From the human T2T-CHM13v2.0 reference genome, Homo sapiens, in the NCBI RefSeq assembly GCF_009914755.1, contig NC_060933.1: a stretch of DNA of 64,000 nucleotides, one strand, 5' to 3'. The notes below the pieces were generated by a model. It saw nothing but the letters and a program-made list of their open reading frames with translations. It was not told where the DNA came from and ran no database searches. Positions within the stretch are counted from its first letter, which is position 1. Each line of letters starts with the position of its first letter. The position numbers and the translations under genes were made by a program. This document shows positions 20,297 through 44,902 of the stretch, piece by piece.

Positions 20297-20875
20297 ACTT
20301 TACTAAAATCATTGTTCAGATGATATTCTCTAAGAGGAAGAGAAATGATATGGAAAAGGAATGAAAAGGAAATAATTTTCCTGTATTTTCCCTTATAGGA
20401 AGATAGGAACGCTGCTGTCTATGATCAGACAAGAAATAAGCCCCTCATCCATGTCTTCAAGCTCTTTGGATACAGAAAGGCCAGAGAAAATGCGTGGTTT
20501 GGGGCAAGGATATGATCAGCAAGAAACATTTTCATTTACCACCAACGCCCAGGGAACTCTAGCTATGACAGAGATAGTCTAACAAAGTTACACACATACT
20601 ATATAAAGTATCCTTTATATAAGTAAGTCAATACTTTTCTTGGGCACCTAACAGAATAAATATGAAACAACTACAGGATGGCTGAGTTTTTAATGACATG
20701 GGGCTAAAGTTGTAAGTAGGCAGAACTAGCAAAACATGAGTTGGGATGAAAAAGGTAGAAAAAGCACATATTAGGACAATTAAAGATCCTGAAATGCATA
20801 TTGATTTGCAGAGTAAAAACAAAGGCTAGAGGATTCCAGGTGTGTGGCTGGTAGAAGCAAATGTGATAGTAAGAA

Positions 20876-24845
<3,970 letters not shown>

Positions 24846-24934
24846 AATTCTCACGTCATTGTTCTTGATTATGCTAATTCTCATAATTGTGAAATTGCCT
24901 GCTACATGTAGACAACCGAAAAGACCACATTCCA

Positions 24935-25311
<377 letters not shown>

Positions 25312-25434
25312 TTACTAGTATATCATGTGTAATCAGAAATAAAACAAGCAAGTGATGCTTGCTATGTAAGTTTAACACAGCAAGAAATATTTCTGTAATT
25401 GTCTCTTGCTTAGAATCAGTGTAGGAATCTCTGA

Positions 25435-25695
25435 GAAGCACTGTGGTCTAATGGGTAAAAGGGTTGACTCTGGAGCCAGGCAACTGAATATTGGAATTTG
25501 GCTTTGGGATATATTATCTCTGTGACCTTGTAAAAGTTACTTAAACTTTTCTTTGTCTCTGTTTCGTCTCCGTAAAATGGGAGTTAAATATGGTATCTAT
25601 GTCAGTGAGTTGCACTGAAGACTGATTAATACATTCAATGAGCTTACAGCACTGAAATGTGCTTACAAAAAAAGTGCTCAATAAAAATTAGCCAT
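25435..25695 (+). mobile_element. MIR SINE
   Basis: gactctggagccagg...ctgtgaccttgtaaaagttacttaaac...gtaaaatggg...aagtgctcaataaa. Confidence 0.8.
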
Positions 25696-26635
25696 TGTCA
25701 ATTCTGTCACACATGGAAGCTTCCTGGCCAAAATTTAAAACAGTATGGAAGATTTGGAGATGGGTCCAAAGCATTAAATACAAAAATCGAAAGAAAAGTA
25801 TATATTAATAAGTACTTGTAAATGATATAAACTTGCCTGCAAAAGCATAAAATATGCATCTAAAAGGTAGAGAAAAAGGAATAGAGAATTTAGACCAATT
25901 GGAAAATTACAAAAGTTAAGAAGAAAGGTAATACTTGGTGACTAATATTAAAGGGTGAATTCCAGGCCCTAAAGAAAGCTGTACATAATAGCAGTCCAAG
26001 ATCCTTAGTTCCTGGGAACTAAACACCAATGATTCCAGACTCTTAACTGGTTAGATGTCCCCTTTGGATCAGAAAATTGTTCATGTTCCATCAATTATGC
26101 TCCCAAATTTCAATTCCCTTGCCCTAAAATTTAAAAAAAAAAATGTTTTTTCCTCCTGACCCAGCCAAGTAGACTTAAAAGTTATGATTTATAATATCTA
26201 TGAACATATATATACTTACTGCTATTTTGATTCAATCATAATCTCTTAATATATAATTTTAGATGACATGTTGGAACCACCTACTATACCTGCCACCTAA
26301 TAGGTGTTATCTAAGTTAAATTTCACAATAAACTACCAAAGAGTTATAGCTTTCCTGCCATTTTCCTAGCTGAAACTGGTAGCTTAGCTAGCTTAGACTC
26401 AAAAATGTTAAGTAACTTGAAAGTCATAGTGAGGATAACCAGCATGGTTCCAAATCTCCATGATACTTTAAATTGGATACATCTTTATAAAAATAAAGCT
26501 TTATTTCAAAATATTCATCAATAGAGATTCTTAAGCACCCACCTTTGAAAGTAGTTTGTCCCTAAATATTATGTAATTAGAGGACTGGCACTTCCCATCA
26601 TAGCCTCTGCTACTGTGTGATACTAAAAAGTATTG

Positions 26636-26943
26636 GGCCGGGCGCAGTGGCTCCCGCCTGTAATCCCAGCACTTTGAGAAACCAAGGCAGGCAGATCATG
26701 AGGTCAAGAGATGGAGACCATTCTGGCCAATGTGGTGAAACCTGTCTCTACTAAAAATACAAAAAATTAGCTGGGCATGGTGGTGTGCATCAGTAGTCTC
26801 AGCTACTCAGGAGGCTGAGGCAGGACAATCACTTGAACATGGGAGGCAGAGGTTGCAGTGAGTCAAGATTGTGCCACTGCACTCCAGCCTGGGTGACACA
26901 GCGAGAATCCATCTCAAAAAATAAAAAAAATTAAAAAATTAAA
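26636..26943 (+). mobile_element. Alu (AluSc-like), inserted in a MIR remnant
   Basis: Full dimer; flanks aaagtattg and aaatattg. Confidence 0.93.
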
Positions 26944-27125
26944 TATTGATCTCAGTGCCTTTTTTATCATTAGCAAAATTAATAGCCCTGCTCTTGCTGA
27001 TTCCAGAGCCTGTTCTAAGAATAAAACAAAATGATGAATATGAAAGTTATTTGATAACTCTACATCAAAAATTCAAATTTTCCTGTCTCATGTTCTTTTC
27101 TAAACTCTGCAGATGACATGAACAC

Positions 27126-28062
27126 ATGGAGACAACAAATCACTCTGCCGTGACTGAATTCTTTCTGGTGGGGCTTTCCCAATATCCAGAGCTCCAGCTT
27201 TTTCTGTTCCTGCTCTGCCTCATCATGTACATGATAATCCTCCTGGGAAATAGCTTCCTCATTATCATCACCATCTTGGATTCTCGCCTCCATACCCCCA
27301 TGTATTTCTTTCTTGGAAACCTCTCATTCTTGGGCATCTGTTACACATCATCATCCATTCCTCCAATGCTTATTATATTTGTATCTGAGAGAAAATCCAT
27401 CTCCTTCATTGGCTGTGCTCTGCAGATGGTTGTGTCCCTTGGCTTGGGCTCCATTGAGTGTATCCTCCTGGCTGTGATGGCCTATGACCGCTATGTGGCC
27501 ATCTGCAACCCACTGAGGTACTCCATCATCATGAACAGAGTGCTGTATGTGCAAATGGCTGCATGGTCCTGAATCATAGGCTGTCTGACCTCCCTATTGC
27601 GAACAGTTCTGACAATGATGTTGCCTTTCTGTGGGAATAATATCATTGATCATCTTACCTGTGAGATCCTGGCTCTTCTTAAAGTCATATGCTCAGATAT
27701 CTCCATAAATGTGTTTATAATGACAGTGTCAAGTATTGTTTTATTGGTGATTCCTCTTAATTTTTATCTCCTATGTGTTTATTCTCTCTTCCATCTTGAG
27801 AATTAATTCTGCTGAGGGAAGAAAGAAAGCCTTTTCTACCTGTTCAGCGCACTTGACTGTGGTCATCTTATTCTATGGTTCAGTTCTTTTCATGCACATG
27901 AAGCCCAAATCAAAGTTCACAACAGCATCTGATGAAATCATTGGATTGTCTTATGAAGTGATCACCCCAATGAACCCCATCATCTACAGCCTGAGGAATA
28001 AGGAGATAAAAGAAGCTGTGAAGAAAATCCTCAGCAGACACGTGCATCTATGGAAAATATGA
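27126..28062 (+). pseudogene. OR13D3P: Olfactory receptor pseudogene, OR13D subfamily (probably OR13D3P)
   Basis: OR motifs [24 protein letters not shown] and KAFSTCSAH are present. Lesions: premature TGA at 27570-27572 (Trp position), frameshift near 27755, and loss of one codon in PMLNP (now PMNP). The symbol is inferred from position and is less certain than the pseudogene call. Confidence 0.85.
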
Positions 28063-28977
28063 AAGGCCTTGAGGCATGTGACGTTCCCAACAAGGGATCA
28101 GATCAGGTGTTTTGTATTCACAGATAAAGTCACAGAATCTGGTATCAAGAGAGTGTGTATGTTTGTAAAGACAACTTTGGGATTCCCATTCTTCTCATCA
28201 CAGAATGCTCATGTACACCTTCTGAATAATGTCTTGTGTGCAGAGTTTCAAGCTGTAGGTATCTGTGCTCACTGATCCCATATAGGGATAAGGTTTTTCA
28301 TCAAGATAAATCTCACTCTTCTCTACTCTTTATCTCTTTCTCTTTCTTACTCACTTTTCTCTCCCTCTTCTCCATGTCCTCCTCTTTCTTGACCTTCCTC
28401 CTCTTCCCTTCTTCATCTACTTCCTTTATCTTTCTTCTGTCTTCTTGGTCTCCTTTATCCGTCATTTTGAATAGAACATCTGTTGCTTTGTTGTACAGCA
28501 TCACCTCTTCTGGTAAAATAATATATCTTTTTTTTATATATATATAACAACAGTCTATTCCTCTGAGTCCATGTGGTCTGCATGGGACTAACTCAATCTT
28601 CTGGATATAGTGGTAGATGCTAAACAAAAGCCTAGCAAATAAAAAAGCAAATTCATCTCGCTACAGTGGCTCATTCAGGGTAGCAACTGAGCCAAGTCAG
28701 GCTAATCAAACTCAACCCAAGAATGCTGTCCCAGTAGGGCGGGGGAAAAAGGCACTCTTTCCACTAGGGTTGCTTAACTGGAGAATTGTGAGCCTGGAGC
28801 CAATCTTTGGCAGTATGAGCAGAGAGCCTAACTGAGATGCAAAGGGGAGTTCAGAAGGAGAGAGAGGGTGTCTGATGCTGTTAACTCCTCGATTCAGCTG
28901 TGTCTAAAGTCATTTTCACATTCTTTTTAGTTCATGAGTCAATAAATTATCTTTATATGAAAAGCTAATTTTAACAT

Positions 28978-34455
<5,478 letters not shown>

Positions 34456-35589
34456 AACATTTTATAATGTGACTTTATTAAACGTTTTGTTATATTGTAT
34501 TTATTCAATGTGGCATAGTTTTTTAAATGGAAGAAATGGGTACAAACTCTAACACTGTAATTTACTAGGATAATAAATTTTAACCTATCAGAGACTCCAT
34601 TTCCCTTGACGTAGAATGTGGCATTTAGTCCCTAGCTTAAGGGGTCTTATGGGAATTGAATAAGGGAAAAAAAATGCAAAATGCCTTCTTCGGTGCTTAA
34701 CAAAATGTCATGCAACAAAAAATATACATTCCCCTTACCTTTCTCCATATATATCTATCTTGCCTAACAGACTGAGGGGATTCCCTGAGGGAAAGATATG
34801 AAAGTAGTATGTACTTAACAGTCCTTGGTACCCAGAACAAAATAAGCATTTATTGTAAATATGTGTTGAATGAGTGAATGGGTGATTGTCTTTCTTATGC
34901 TGAAGTTAAACAATTTTATTTGCCATTGCCTGAATAATCCTTATGACTGCTGCATCTGCATTTTTGCAAATACCATTCTCTCCACCTAAAATTGCCATCC
35001 CTTTAACCTACTATGAAAATTCAAGGTTCTCCTCAAAAAAAGTCTCCTCTGACTTTAAAGCCTTCTAAAATCATCCTAGCAAGACTCTACCTTGTCTTCC
35101 TCTAAGTTAAATTCTTATACAATCTACTTAGGCTTTGAAGTGTTTATTATGTTTTTATTATGTGTTTTTTATTCTCTTCAATTATATATACAATATGTCT
35201 GTTATTTTATTCAAAGGTCATCAGACACAGAGGCTGTGAGTTATCTGTCCTTGTAATACCACAAATGTTAACAGTGGGCTTCAATGAATAGATTCTTTGG
35301 ATCACTGCATTTTGCTTTATTGTATAAAGTCTATTTGTTTATTAATTTTCTTTTCATAGAATATGAGCAATGTGACTGTGTTGTATGTAATACATATAGC
35401 TAGCAATAATCCTGCTTAAAATAATATTTCCTTTGTTGCATATATGGTTTTGTTTATTCTGGGCATCAGAGGTTTGTCTGTAACAGATCAGCAAAGTCCA
35501 TCTAACCTAGTTATAAATAGATATAATCTGTGAACTACTTTATTATGCTTATAATTTGACAATGACCAAAATAAAATATTAACTTATAA

Positions 35590-36260
<671 letters not shown>

Positions 36261-36664
36261 GAAGAGTATATACTGAAGTTATAAAACAGGTAAAAACGAA
36301 TTAATGTTGCTTTAAAAATTAGAACAGTGGCTGCCCATGTGGAGGAAGAGTTACAGCAGGTATCAACGGGAATGGGGAATGAGGGAACTTTTCTGAGGTC
36401 ATGTTAACGTTCTATATCGCAGTAGCAAGTTGAGTGACAAAGGGATGTGTTTGTCAAAACTGAATAATTAGGATTATGAATTTATTGTATATAAATTTTA
36501 AATTAAAAGAAAAAACCATAAACAAATATTAAACTCTAGTTAATGATACACATGCTAAAGTACTTAGAGAAAAGTGTACGATATCTGCAATGTACTTTAA
36601 AAGCATCCACAAATGACATGGATTTAGTGGGAGGATAGAGCAATGAATAGAAACATAGATATGA

Positions 36665-36999
<335 letters not shown>

Positions 37000-37714
37000 C
37001 TAGTAAAATGTTAGTGGTAAAATCTAGTTGGTTGGTATGTGATGTTCAATGTAAAATTCTTTCAGTTTTGCTTTATGTTTGAAATTTTTCATAATACAGT
37101 GTTGAAAAAACTGTATAAAACCTGTCAAGAATGCAGCTCTTGAATGAATGTTGTAGGAGTGTATGAGGCAAGGGTAGAAATTGGATGAAAAATTGTATTA
37201 TAAATTATCTTAAACAGACTTTAGGAAAAAGTTCTAGTTTAAAAGGGCAAAACTTTTTAATAGGTTATTTACAACTCTTACAAGAGAGAAATCAAAAATA
37301 AATTTTAATGGTCCCTGTGAAACTTAATTTCCTATACTGAATGCTTTTCAGGGTTTCCATTGCTATTCCTGCGGGATGGGTAAAAGGGAGGAGAAGGAAA
37401 GGAGAAATGAAATACATCAGAAGATTGACTAGAATCAGGTTGTAATGTAGTAAGAAAAAAAGAAAACAGCAATTTTTGGCATAATGTGCTGTTTGTGATA
37501 TTCCTTCATATATTCTTGGCTATTTCTGAGGGGATTACTGATTCCTCAGGCATATCAGATTGTACAAACCTTAGCAAAAAGAAATTTTCTCCTACATTTA
37601 TTCTGCAATTTCACCTTTTCAATGCAATGAAAACAATGAATTTTTTGATAATGCCATTTCTATATATCCACATGATAATCTCTTATAAATCTTATAACAT
37701 TGCTACAAGATTGA

Positions 37715-37860
37715 TATATAATAACAAAGGCTAAATGAGGGGATCGATACCCCATCTTCCATGATGTGGTTATTATACATTGCATGTCTGTATCAAAACA
37801 TCTTATGACCCCATTAATATATATACCTACAGTGTACTAACAAAAATTAAAAATTAAAAA
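37715..37860 (+). mobile_element. L1MA-type 3' terminal fragment
   Basis: gataccccatcttccatgatgtggttattatacattgcatgtctgtatcaaaacatc...aaaaattaaaaa. Confidence 0.75.
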
Positions 37861-38767
37861 TGAATTTATACACAATTACACAATCATTCACATTTCCCAA
37901 GGCCTTTTCTAATCCGGAACCTTAATAAAAATTAAAAAGCTGAAGTTCAATTCAAGTAATCTCTAAATTGGCTGAACTGTTTCCTATGCTACTCATATTC
38001 TCACACCAGATGTGGGACACAAAATGATTTAACATGTGAGGCAATACTGGTTAAGGACAATGTAAGTAAACAGTATTTGTATTATAATAATGATTCAGGT
38101 AGTTACAGAATACAAATGTTAATATGCATGTCATAATGTGTAAGATTATTTTAAAATGGGAAGTGAGACTTTACTCAATATAGTGAGCACCTCTAGTATT
38201 AGTGATGAAAGGACTACTAAGTTTTACACTTCTGATCAAAAGCTTTAAATTGCAAAGCATTTTTTAAATAGCAAAAATGCATAATTCAGTCACTGAGTAA
38301 CAAACAAGAGAAATTATTGAAAACAATTAATCAAGACAATTAAATGGCAAAGACTATGAATCATATTTATCTTGGTTCAGAAGGAAAATATGTCTTGAGA
38401 AAAACATGCAGATTTAGATATCTCTGTGTTTAAAGTCTTTAACTTTCTTATATGGTAAACTGAAATTCTGGAAAAGAAGCTAACTTAAAAAAACAGTGGA
38501 AAAAGAGAAGTAAAACAATTTTATATAAAAGGCACAAGACAAACTCTATATTTCTTAGCTTTGAGTTAGGCTGGAAAATTTTACCACATTTTGAAACTAG
38601 TTATCTTACCGTAACAGTGAAATTATTAAAAGTCCTAAGAATGATTGAGCAGACATATATAGTGTATGCAAAACTGCATTATGTTTCAATATGTGTGTAT
38701 ATTATGACATTAGTATTTGCTTTAAATCTCTTCTCTAAGATACTGAATTATGAAAGACAGAATTTAC

Positions 38768-39066
38768 TTTATTCTTATTTATTTTGGAGACAGAGTTTCA
38801 CTCGTTTCCCAGGATGGAGTGCGATGGCGCAATCTCAGCTCACAGCAACCTCAGCCTCCCAGGTTCAAGTGATTCTCCTGCCTTAGCCTCCTGAGTAGCT
38901 GGGATTACAGGCATCCGCCACAACGCCGGGCTAATTTTGTATTTTTAGTAGAGATGGGGTTTCTCCACTGTTGGCAGGCTGGTCTGGAACTCCGGACCTC
39001 AGGTGATCTGCCCATCTCGGCCTCCCAAAGTGCAGGGATTACAGGCGTGAGCCACCATGCCCAGCC
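38768..39066 (-). mobile_element. Alu (AluS)
   Basis: Reverse-complement dimer. Confidence 0.93.
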
Positions 39067-40127
39067 TCCTTTTTATTTTTATAATATGAAAATAAAAATG
39101 ATAATTGTCAGAATAAACTTCTCTATACAGATACTACAGAAGATACCTTCCTTTTTGTTCTTTTATGTCTGTCATTCAGTCTAGATTTTGCAGTCTTATT
39201 TGGCAGGCACACTTAAATTTCAAAATCTAGAACTTATAAAAAGTGGTTTTCAATAAATATTTTTAAATACTTTTAAATGTTTACAATAAAGTATATCACT
39301 TTTTAAAATTAATATATAAGTATATAAGCATATTTATAAATAAGCAAAATATAATGGTAAAATGAGTATCTAAAAGGAAATATGGAAGTTGGTCTAAGAA
39401 TGTCATAATGCTTCCTACACAGACTATTTATTACAGTTTTTAATAAATGAAGCATAGTCTGCTCTTCATAATGAATAATCTTATTATATTTTAATATCAT
39501 ATAGCATAGTGTTTATTTTCTAAAATGCTTTTCATAGAGTAAAAATGCCATCAATTAAAACAGAAGGCAAAAATCGATGGAATACTATCTTAGATTGTTT
39601 AAGCAAAAGCAATGAAAACTAGAATTGTGTATAAAACTATCTTCCAAGAGAGAAGGCAATATAAAGACATTTTTGGAAAAAAATGATTTTTTTTAACACC
39701 CAGAAAACTCTCGAAAGAAAGAAACTGTCCCTTAATAAAACGAATGGAATGGAAATCACTTTTCATAGAAAATAAGGACATTGATAAATAATATGGGTAA
39801 ATCCAAACTGTCACTGACTTTGTAAAAAAGGGCAATTAGGGGACTTAAAAACAAAATAAAAATGAAATCTAAGATACAAATAACATGGAATATGATGAGA
39901 GGGGTTAGAAATCAGAGATAAACATTTTGAAGTCCTTCAGGACTTCAATTCAGGAGGATTACAAATAGATTAAGTAGAGATCGCATTAAGTTAAACATCC
40001 ATCTTAAAAATTGCAACAATCTGTATGTGTGTGTGTAACTTTGTGCACAAATAGTAGAAACTGTTAAAATCCAATGAAATGTTTATAAAACTAAGGATGC
40101 ATTGGGAAAGAAAACAAGTCTCATTGA

Positions 40128-40511
<384 letters not shown>

Positions 40512-40729
40512 AAAAATGTCTTTTAAATGTGGAAATTAAAGACATACTTTTAAATAATTCACAAGTAAAAAAGATCATGATAGACATTTCAAAATATGTA
40601 TAACTTGATGATAACAATTACCATAAAAAATTGTGAGATAAACAAATAATACAGTTAAACACATACATTAGAAAATAAGAGAGATTAAAAATTAATACAC
40701 TAAGAATCTGACTCAGAAAAAAAGGAAAT

Positions 40730-42008
40730 GGCCTAACATAGTACTGGAAGTCCTAGCCAGAGCAATCAGACAAGAGAAATCAGAAAGGAATCCAAATCAG
40801 TAAAGAGGAAGTCAAACTGCTGCTGTTCACTAATGTGATCGTATATCTAGAAAAACTCTAAGGACTCATCCAAAAAGCTCACAGATCTGATAAATGAATT
40901 CAGTAAAGTTTCAGGATACAAAATAAATGTACACAAATCAGTAGCATGCTATACACCAACAGCAACCAAGCTGAGAAACAAATCAAGAACTCCATACCTT
41001 TTACAACAGTTACAAAAAAAAAAAAAGAAAGAAAGAAAATACTTAGAAATATACCTAACCAAGGAGGTGAAAGATCTCTACAAGGAAAACTACAAAACAC
41101 TGCTAAAAGAAATCATCAACAACACAAACAAACTGAAACACAACCCATGCTCATGGATGGGAAGAATCAATATTGTGAAAATGACCATACTGCCAAAAGC
41201 AATCTACAGATTCAATGCAATTCCCATCAAAGTACTACTATCATTCTTCACAGATCTGGAAAAAACCATCTTAAAATTCATATGGAACCATAAAAGAACC
41301 TGCATAGCCAAAGCAAGAGTAAACAAAAAGAACAAATCTGGAGGCATCACATTACCCAATTTCAAACTATACTATTATACAAGGCTATAGTTACCAAAAC
41401 AGCATGGTACTGGTATAAAAATAGGCATGTAGGCCAATGGAACATAATAGACAACCCAGAAATAAAGCCAATTATTTACAACTAACTGATATTTAACAAA
41501 GCAAACAAAAACATAAAGTGGGGAAAGGACACCCTATTCAACAAATGGTGCTGGGATAATCAGCAAGCCACACGTAGAAGAATACAATGGGATCCTCATC
41601 TCTCACCTTATATAAAAATCAACTCAAGTTGGATCAAAGACTTAAATCTAAGACCTGAAACCACAGAAATTCTAGAAGTTAACATTGGTAAAACTCTTCT
41701 AGACACTGGATTAGGGAAAGAGCTCATGACCAAGAACCCAAAAGCAAATGCAACAAAAACAAAAATAAATAGATGGGGCCTAATTAAACTAAAAAGCTTC
41801 TGCACAGCAAAAGAAATAATCAGCAGAGTAAACAGACAACCCACAGAATGGGAGAAAATATTCATGAACTATGCATCCAACAAAGGACTATCCAGAATCT
41901 ACAAAGAACTCAAACAAATCAGCAAGAAAAACAAACAATTCCATCAAAAAGTGGGCAAAGGACATGAATAGACAATTCTCAAAAGAAGAAACACAAATGG
42001 CCAACAAG
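40730..42008 (+). mobile_element. L1PB-like ORF2 internal fragment
   Basis: ORFs 41067..41390 and 41726..41971 match L1 ORF2 ([11 protein letters not shown]; [12 protein letters not shown]). Confidence 0.88.
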
Positions 42009-42770
42009 CAATAGTTAAAACATGGAAGCAACTCAGTGTCCATTGATGAATGAATGGATATGCAAAATGTGGTATATACATAAATAAAATATTATTCAGC
42101 CTTAAAAAGGAAGCAAATTCTAACACATGCTATAACATGGTAAAGCACTGAGGACATCATATTGAATAAGCCAGTCACAAAAAGATAAATACTGTATGAT
42201 TCCACTAATATGAGGTAGTTAGAGTCATCAAAATCATAGATACAGAAAGTAGAAGGGTAGTTGCCAGTGGCTGGGGGAAGGGGAGAATGGGGAATTATTA
42301 TTTAATGGGCACGGAGTTTCAGTTTTACAAGATGAAAAGAGTTATGAAGGCTGGATGTGGTGGCTCACACCTATAATCCCAGCACTTTGGGAGGCCAAGG
42401 CAGGTGGATCACCTGAGGTCAGGAGTTTAAGACCAGCCTGGCCAAGATGGTGAAACCCCGTCTCTGTAAAAATACAAAAATTAGCCGGGCATGATGACGG
42501 GTGCCTGTAATCCCAGCTACTCAGAAGGCTGAAGCAAGAGAGTAGCTTGAACTCAGGAAGTAGAGGTAGCAGTGAGCCAAGATGGTGCCACTGCACTCCA
42601 GCCTGGGTGACAGCTCAAAAAAAAAAAAAAAAAGAAAGAAAAGAGTTCTGGAGATGGATGGTGGTGATGCTTGCACAACATTATGAATATATTTAATACC
42701 ACTGAACTGTACACTTAAAAATGGTTAAGATGGTAAATTGTACGTTATCTGTATTTTACCATAATAAAAT
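42009..42770 (+). mobile_element. L1MB-like 3'UTR, interrupted by an Alu
   Basis: ataagccagtcacaaaaagataaatactgtatgattccac; ccactgaactgtacacttaaaaatggttaagatgg. Confidence 0.8.
42349..42642 (+). mobile_element. Alu (AluSx-like)
   Basis: Full dimer with TSD aaaagagttatg / aaaagagttctg. Confidence 0.93.
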
Positions 42771-42772
42771 AT

Positions 42773-42803
<31 letters not shown>

Positions 42804-43365
42804 ATTTACCAGGCCCAAATAATTTCCCTGGATAATTCTAACACATTTTCCAAGAACAGGTAACCCCTGATATATAAATTGGTTCATAAAATATTTAAAA
42901 AGGGAATGGGAAGCTCCCCCAACTCTTTTTGTAAGCCTGTATGTACAGCCCTGAAACAAAAACTGAACAGGGAAAATATGAGAAAGGAAAACTTAAGAGC
43001 CAATCTCACTTATAAACATAGACAGGAAAATATAAAATACTAGCAAACAGAATCTAGCAATGTAGAAAATAATAATACCTAACTTTCGGGTAAGGTTTAT
43101 TCAAACGATGCAAGGAAGTCATAACATTGAAAATATTTTAATGTAATTCACTATAATTTCAATTAACAGATTTTAAAAATTATCATTTCATTAAATGCAA
43201 AAGATCTTTTGATAAAATTTAATAGGCACTCATAATTTAAAATAAATAACTTAGCAAACTACAAACAAGCAAACTTTTAAAACTGATATAAGGGGTATTT
43301 ATCAAAACTTACAATTGACAAATCCCCTTTAAGTTTACAAACAAGATAAGAATGCTGGCTTTCAC

Positions 43366-43657
43366 TTTTTTATCCCCCGCAGAGAAACGGTCTTGCTCTG
43401 TCACCAAGGCTGGACTACAGTGGAGTGATCCTGCCTCATTGTAACCTTGACCTCCTGGGCTCAAGTGATCCTCCCACCTTAGTCTCTTGAGTAGCTATGA
43501 AGTACATGCTAATTTTTTGTTTGTTTGTTTGTTTGTTTTTGAGACAGGGTTCTCTCTGTGTTGCCCAGGCTGGTCTTCAACTCCTGGCCTCAAGTGGTCG
43601 TCCCCCTCTGGCCTCTCAAAGGGCTGGAATTAGAAGTCTGAGCCACTGTGCCAGGCC
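43366..43657 (-). mobile_element. AluJ
   Basis: Reverse-complement, with cctcctgggctcaagtgatcctcccacc diagnostic. Confidence 0.88.
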
Positions 43658-44902
43658 TGTTTTCACCTCTTATAGTCAACATTGCACAGAGGTCCTATGT
43701 ACGACAATAAAGAGAGAAGGGGGCAGTGGGAGAAATAAAAATCGGGAAGGGAAAGAGGAAAGAGGGGAGAAAGAAAAAGAGAAAAATGGGAAGAAAGGAA
43801 GGAAAGAAGGAAGGGCAGGAGGGATAAAGGAAGGAAAAGGAGTCGTAAAGATTGAAAAGGGAGAAACAAAATTGTCATTATTGCCTAAAAATAAGATTAT
43901 CTCTGTAGGAAGTCAGAAAAAAATCCATTAGAAAATCTTAAAATGTAAACTACTAAAAGGCTTTAGCAAGGCTGCCAACCACAAGATCAACTCAATAGTA
44001 TTTTCTGCAGGAAACACAACTGGTTAGAGAATATACTTTGAAGTGCATCTCATGACATCACAAAAACTATAAAATGCCAATGAATAAAAACTGCATAAGG
44101 AATTTTTGAGGAAAAATATAAATCGTCATTAAAGCACACAGAAAAACCTCCCAAAAACTGGGGACACAAATTTTGTTCATGTTAGGAAATTCAAGAATAA
44201 ATATATGAATTTATTCAGAATTTCTCTGTAAATCTAATATAATTTCCATCAAAATGATACTGAGATTTTTTTTAGTTTCTCAAACTTATCCAAAAATTCA
44301 TACTGAATAGCAAAGACAAAGAATAGCCAAGACAATGTTATAATAAGAAATGTATATTTACTATACAAAATGTCAAGATGGATAATAAAGCTACAGTAAT
44401 TCAAATTGCTTAGTACTGATACAGGTAAAGACAAATTAATCAATGGAACAGATTAGAAGGATCCAGAAATAGCCTAGGCATCTGTGGAAGTTTATATCCC
44501 AAGTGAATGGTCTTTGATTTATAATGGCATTACAAATCGGTAGGGAACAAATGAACTATTTAATAAACTGTTCTTTGGTAATGGACTACTAATATTGAAA
44601 AAAAGATCAAATTAAATCTACACCTCATACTGTGACTAAAATAAACTTGAGAGAGATTAAATACCTAAAGGGCAAAAGCAAAACTGTAAAAATATCTACA
44701 GGAAAATATACAAGAATATCATCATGCACAAGGAAAAAGAAAGTATACCTTAAATAGGGGGAAAAGCACAAAAACATGAGACCAATAATTTAAATTTAGA
44801 AACACCTATATGGCAAAATACTCTTAGAAAGTTTAAATAATAGCTACAAATGGGAGAACATATCAGTAAAACATACATCCAAAAAAAAGATTAGTCTGGA
44901 AG

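Noticed and set aside
34778-34795. EBF (O/E) site ttccctgagggaa as an OR enhancer
   Set aside because: The spacer is 3 nt instead of the 2 nt in TCCCNNGGGA, and there is no adjacent composite homeodomain site.
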